NCBI RefSeq assembly: GCF_018350175.1
Contig: NC_058382.1
Span: 23,002,001-23,066,000, forward strand
Reading direction: 5' to 3'
Length of the DNA: 64,000 bases
Source of the DNA: Felis catus
Taxonomy: Eukaryota
This document shows positions 59,451-64,000 of the stretch, piece after piece. A program made the position numbers and the translations under genes. The notes beneath the pieces were generated by a model. The model was not told where the DNA came from. It did not search any database and worked only from the letters and a program-made list of their open reading frames with translations. How positions within the stretch are numbered: the first letter of the stretch is position 1; each line of letters opens with the position of its first letter.

Positions 59451-60789
59451 TCATTTATCCCGTGAGCTCATCACACACCGATTTCTGCCAAGGACCCTCA
59501 TTAAACATACAACATACTGCGTGGGAGGTGCACAGTGTGTCATGACTGCCAGTAAGTACTAAAGGGCTCATTTCTGATGGTGACTCCTCCCAGAAGCCCT
59601 CCTGCACACTTGAGAGATCCCATTGCTTCTCCCTCTACCTGTTTATGGCATGCGGCGTGTGTTCCCAAAGTAGGGGCTTTATCTCTTCTGTTCTGGGCTG
59701 GAATTAGTTATATATGACTCAGCTGCCACCCACAGACCCCAGACCTGGGGCCTGACTGCCATTTGGGACCAAAGACCACCCATTTAGAAGTCCAGAGGGT
59801 CCAGTGAGGCCAGGAGATCAGGGCGGGAAAGAAGTAGGTCTGGGATGAGTCTGAGAGCAAGCTCCATGTGGGTGTCAGTGGAAAAGAAGAAAGAACTGTC
59901 TGCTTACAGAGCCTCTGTGGGCTGGGTGCTAAAATGAAGCCACATTTCCCAGCTCTGGAGGGTCAAAGTTTGGTTTCTCATCACAGCCTGACAGCCCCAA
60001 GAGGCATCACATGCATTGCACAGAAGGTATTGTGTGAGCTTGTCCCTGACAGGCGAGGGTTCAGGAAGGAGCCAGGGCTGGGAGAGGCTCCCTGTTCAGC
60101 ACCCTTTTTCATGAACAGCACCACCTTTTCATCTATGTGCTAGTCACCCTCTTCTTTCTCCTGTGTCTTCCCCAACTAGCACACTCAGGTTTTCCTGTCT
60201 ACTTCATGTCTGAGGTGCTTTTACGTGGGAGATTTCTAGATCCTCCCTCCACTCGAACTATGGCCTGTTTCTGGGTTGACCGGACTCCTGCAGGCCCCGT
60301 TCCTGGGCCCTGTGGGAGCACATGGACCCTGTTGCAGGGGCACAAGGAAGTCTACTCGGCTTCTCTCATCATCTTCCCAGAAAGGAAAATCACATCTGTC
60401 CTAACTAAGCATGGCCATGCCATCATAGTGCAGGAAATGATGGCTAGTGCAAATTCTGTATCGGTGTCTGAGATTATTTGAAAATGGGTTAAAAAAAAAG
60501 AGTACCCCCCCACACACACCCCGCCCAATTTCTCCCTCCTTGGAAATAGCTCTCTTTATGCCCATTTCCTTCTTTCCCCTTCACACCTTCACCAGTGTGT
60601 CTTGACTTGGGTCAGATTTCCTGAGGAAGGGTCCAGGGTCAGAACAAATTATCTGCCCTCCACCGCCCACCCACCCCCGACTGAGGTCTCCCAAACTCCA
60701 GTCATTGGGCACTTTTAGGATCTGTCATGTCTGTGTACTATTGACACAATTATTTACTTAATATGTTTCTTTAAGTAGAATTGGTATTT

Positions 60790-61122
60790 TCTCTCCCTCC
60801 TCTCACCTCCCTCCTCTCCCTTTTTTCTCTCCCCTCTCCTCTTTCTCTGCCTCTCTCCTCTCTCTCTCCTTTTGTTCTCTCTCTCCCTCCGTCTCTTTCC
60901 TCTCTTCCTCTCCCTCCCCCCTCTCCCTTCTTTCTCTCCCCTCTTCTCTGTTTCTGTCTCTCTCCTTTCTCTCTCTCTCCTCCCTCATCTCCTCTCCTTT
61001 CCCTCCCTCCTCTTCTCCCCTACCTCTCTCCCTCCCTCCTCCTCCATCTCCCTTATCTCTCTCCTCTCTCTCTCTCTCTCCCCTCTCTTCCTCTCCTCTT
61101 CTCTCTCTCTCCCCTCTCCCCC
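60790..61122 (+). repeat. Polypyrimidine (CT-rich) tract, about 330 bp
   Basis: Almost all C/T on the + strand, with a few isolated purines. Confidence 0.95.
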
Positions 61123-62716
61123 ACCTGTCCACCCTTTTCCCAAGTGCTAGAAAGCTGCCAAAGACACATTAGCACCTGAAACTTTCTTCTTAATGCAAAT
61201 ACAAGGGCTGAGGAAGCTTTGGAAGGGAGCAATGTTCTCCTTCTCCCTGTGATTGTCCAGTGTTAGTTACAGTCCTTTTATTGCTTAAACTCATCTCCAT
61301 TCAAACCTCATTTTATCGAAGACATTAATAAGGATTGTCAGCACCCCCACAGCCCCCTCAGGAAACCTGCCTGCTGGCAAAGTGGTGGGACCAGGGGTAG
61401 AAGCAGTGATGAGCTCAGCTTGATTTGGTAAATGGGCTTGGAGCTCATAATTAAAGCTAGGGCACCCCTCCTTTCCTGACCTCCTGGTGATCTAATCTGG
61501 GGGTAGGAGGAGGGCTCAAATAGCACAAAAGCCAAGCCACAAGATTCAGTGGGTGGAGTATGGGGAATATCACTCAAATGGCTCAGGGTTGTGGTTTATG
61601 AGGATGGAGCCCTGCAACTACTCAGGGCAGAATAGACAGTCAGAAAGGTGGTGAGGGCCCACATACCCAAGAACAGTCCCTATCCCACCAGAGTTGTTAA
61701 GCAGGTGGCAAGCTCTGGGCCAATTCAGTGGGACACCTCGAACCTGCTCTGCTTGCAGGTTGGGGGAAGGGTTGGCACTCTGGGGTGCTTTGCAGGTGGT
61801 CTTATCTCTGAGTCTCCCCAGGCCCCCGTGACTCCCATCCTGGGCTTGTCTTGCTAGGTTTGCTCAATCTAGTATCAGGGTCCTGCCTCCCAGTGTAGAG
61901 TCTCCAGGTTGGGGGAATGTGGACTCACAGATGGGCAGTGCTGTCCTTAGGTCTGGGTTGAATCAAAAAGTTGTTCCACTAGTCTTCATATGGGGAGGGT
62001 CCCAGGGCAATTCCTCGCTGCTTGTGCTCACAACATCTCCCTCCCAGAGCAGGGCCACCAACCAAGGGGCATTGGAGGCTCCAAGGCAGCACCTTCCCCA
62101 TGCCAAACTTCGTGGAGGGACTAGGCTGCTGTCCAGGGACACTGTAATCAGAGAGGAAGCTACCCACCTGCTGTTATCTAGAGGACGCCCCCACTGCCTC
62201 ACTGAGATATAGCTTACATGAAAGGACACGTCTAATTTTACAGTATGCATGGAGGATTCACCATACAGAACTGTCCATTAGGTCTAGCCCATAACTAAAA
62301 GCACTCTGGATAATAAATCATCATTTCGTATTCAATGAGGAGGCAGCCCCTTTCTCAATATGGCTGTTCCATCGTAATAATGATAAATGAAAAATCCCGG
62401 ACAGGTGAATTTTAATAGGCATACAAATGCACTCAGATTAATTAGATTACATTAAAAAAAACTTTTCTCTTTTGCTTCATAAATCTAAATGGGAGCCTCT
62501 AAAAGATAGTAACCATCCACATACTAAAATGCATTATGACATAATAAAAGATTATGGATGCGCATATGCAGTTAGACGTTATGGTGGATACAGCAGAATG
62601 GCATACAAATGCAGCCGGAGCAGTTCTGGAATGTTTATTTCCTAGTGTGGTGAGTGGAACCCTCCGGTCAAAGTGTACAGGTGACTGGAAGGACCTGGGT
62701 GCATATTTCTACTTCT

Positions 62717-62739
62717 TTTTTAAAAATTAATTAATTTAT

Positions 62740-62771
<32 letters not shown>

Positions 62772-62925
62772 CATGAGTGGGGAGGGGCAGAGAGAGAATC
62801 CTAAGTAGGTTCTGCTCTGTCAGCACACAGCTTGATTCAGGGCTTGATCCCCCAAAACTTGAGATCAGGATCTGAGCCAAACTCAAGAGTTAGATGTTTA
62901 ATAGACCAAGCCACCAAGGCACCCC
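62717..62925 (-). mobile_element. Can-SINE (older, SINEC_Fc2-like) with (GA)15
   Basis: Antisense head ending CCACCAAGGCACCCC; perfect 15-bp TSD CATATTTCTACTTCT at 62702-62716 and 62926-62940. Confidence 0.93.
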
Positions 62926-63359
62926 CATATTTCTACTTCTGAGTGGATCTCTTAAGTTGGCAATATTTCCCTCCCCATCCGTTACAAAAGCAGGGTGTTT
63001 TGATCTGAGCCACACAAGGCATGCTGTAGTCACACCTTCTGGCCCAGAAAGAGAAATAAAAGGCACTTTTGGCAGCCACACAAAGGACTGCAATGTAGGT
63101 GAGACCAGCATTATCACATCATCTTTACACTGAGGAGGCACTCAGCCACCTTTAAAACCTACCTTCCTTTTTGACACGTCACTTGAGGTTCTTGTGCTTC
63201 CTATGGTGGGAAAGGAAGTGTTTCATCATGAGGAAAACTTACATTGGCCTTTATGAGAAGTTTAACATTTAGAAATAACTGAAATGCAGATAAAGGTGGT
63301 GAGGAAAGAGAAAAGTCATTAGGACATCAATTTGTCATGATCATAATCCCTGACAGTCA

Positions 63360-63725
63360 ACGGAATAAGAATCCTGTACCGGCCTGACATAATCTCACTT
63401 TACGCTATAATCTTAATCACCATTTGAGACACGCATTGCTACCACATGGAAGCAAATGGGAAAACAAGACTCAGTGACAAGGAGCCATTTGCCAGATGAG
63501 ACAAAATATGGGACACTCAGATAAATTTGAATTTTAGATAAACAAAATAATACATAATTTAGATAACATTTTAGTATAAGCATGTCCTATAAACTTACTT
63601 ATTGTGTATCTGAAACTCAAATTTAGCCAGGTGTCCTGTGTTTTACTTGGTAACTCTAGCCCAAGGTTAAAACCACGTAGTTATTAACTGGCAACAGCAG
63701 GACTTGAATCCACTCTGATATGGTC
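63360..63725 (-). mobile_element. MIR interrupted by MER53
   Basis: ATGGGAAAACAAGACTCAGTGACAAGG before the MER53 and CCAAGGTT...AACTGGCAACAGCAGGACTTGAATCC after it form a collinear MIR. Confidence 0.5.
63484..63659. mobile_element. MER53 palindromic hAT MITE
   Basis: Arms AAAATATGGGACACTCAGATAAATTTGAATTTTAGATAAACAA and TTGTGTATCTGAAACTCAAATTTAGCCAGGTGTCCTGTGTTTT are reverse-complementary. Confidence 0.8.
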
Positions 63726-64000
63726 ATTTTGGTGGTTTTATCCTCAATTCCCCACTCAATTCATCACCAAACTACCACTCAGGATGACTCTTTCCATCCA
63801 AACTGGTGCTGTGGTGTCAAAAGCACCAACCTGACATGCTTGTTGGCTGAGCACAGCCTGGGAACAAAGTGACAAGGTCTCAGATCTCAATGTGGCATAC
63901 CAGCTGCCAAACCAGTTACAGTACTGTTGTCTGAGGGTTTGGTGAAGGAGAACAGCCTGTATTCATGCCACCAGCTAAGACAGTGCATCCTGATGCTCGA

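Noticed and set aside
60781-61179. Ser/Leu/Pro-rich and Arg/Glu/Gly-rich ORFs
   Set aside because: Translations of the polypyrimidine tract.
63830-64000. Possible ancient tRNA-derived SINE (MamSINE1-like)
   Set aside because: Similarity is limited to a short degenerate head-like stretch and could not be extended.

Overview
Mammalian genomic DNA, almost certainly from a felid: it carries SINEC_Fc-type Can-SINEs and L1_Fc-type 3' UTRs. The window is fairly GC-rich and, as far as I can read, non-coding (intergenic or deep intronic). I found no recognisable host exon, RNA gene, CRISPR array or prokaryote-style system, and no evidence for a new multi-gene biological system. About a quarter to a third of the window is recognisable transposon sequence. 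Ancient families are MIR, L2, MLT1, LTR16, MER21, MER39, MER20, MER33, MER53 and MER58. Carnivore/felid-specific elements are six Can-SINEs, one older carnivore L1 of about 2.2 kb and three L1_Fc-type 3' fragments, most with readable target-site duplications (TSDs). The rest is unique sequence with several CpG-retaining or homeodomain/POU-motif-rich blocks that look like enhancers. The most notable observations are: (i) the four N-runs behave like length-preserving masks over coding-type sequence rather than random gaps; (ii) an unidentified retrocopy-like insert at about 2.35-2.99 kb has its core under one of those masks; (iii) several small mutational signatures, namely a template-switch palindrome in an L1 3' UTR, a 59-bp duplication at an L1 5' junction, and ultra-truncated insertions with TSDs; (iv) candidate enhancers near 40.3-40.9 kb and 62.3-62.6 kb. 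Repeat family names come from my recollection of consensus sequences, not from a database search, and boundaries of old repeats are approximate.
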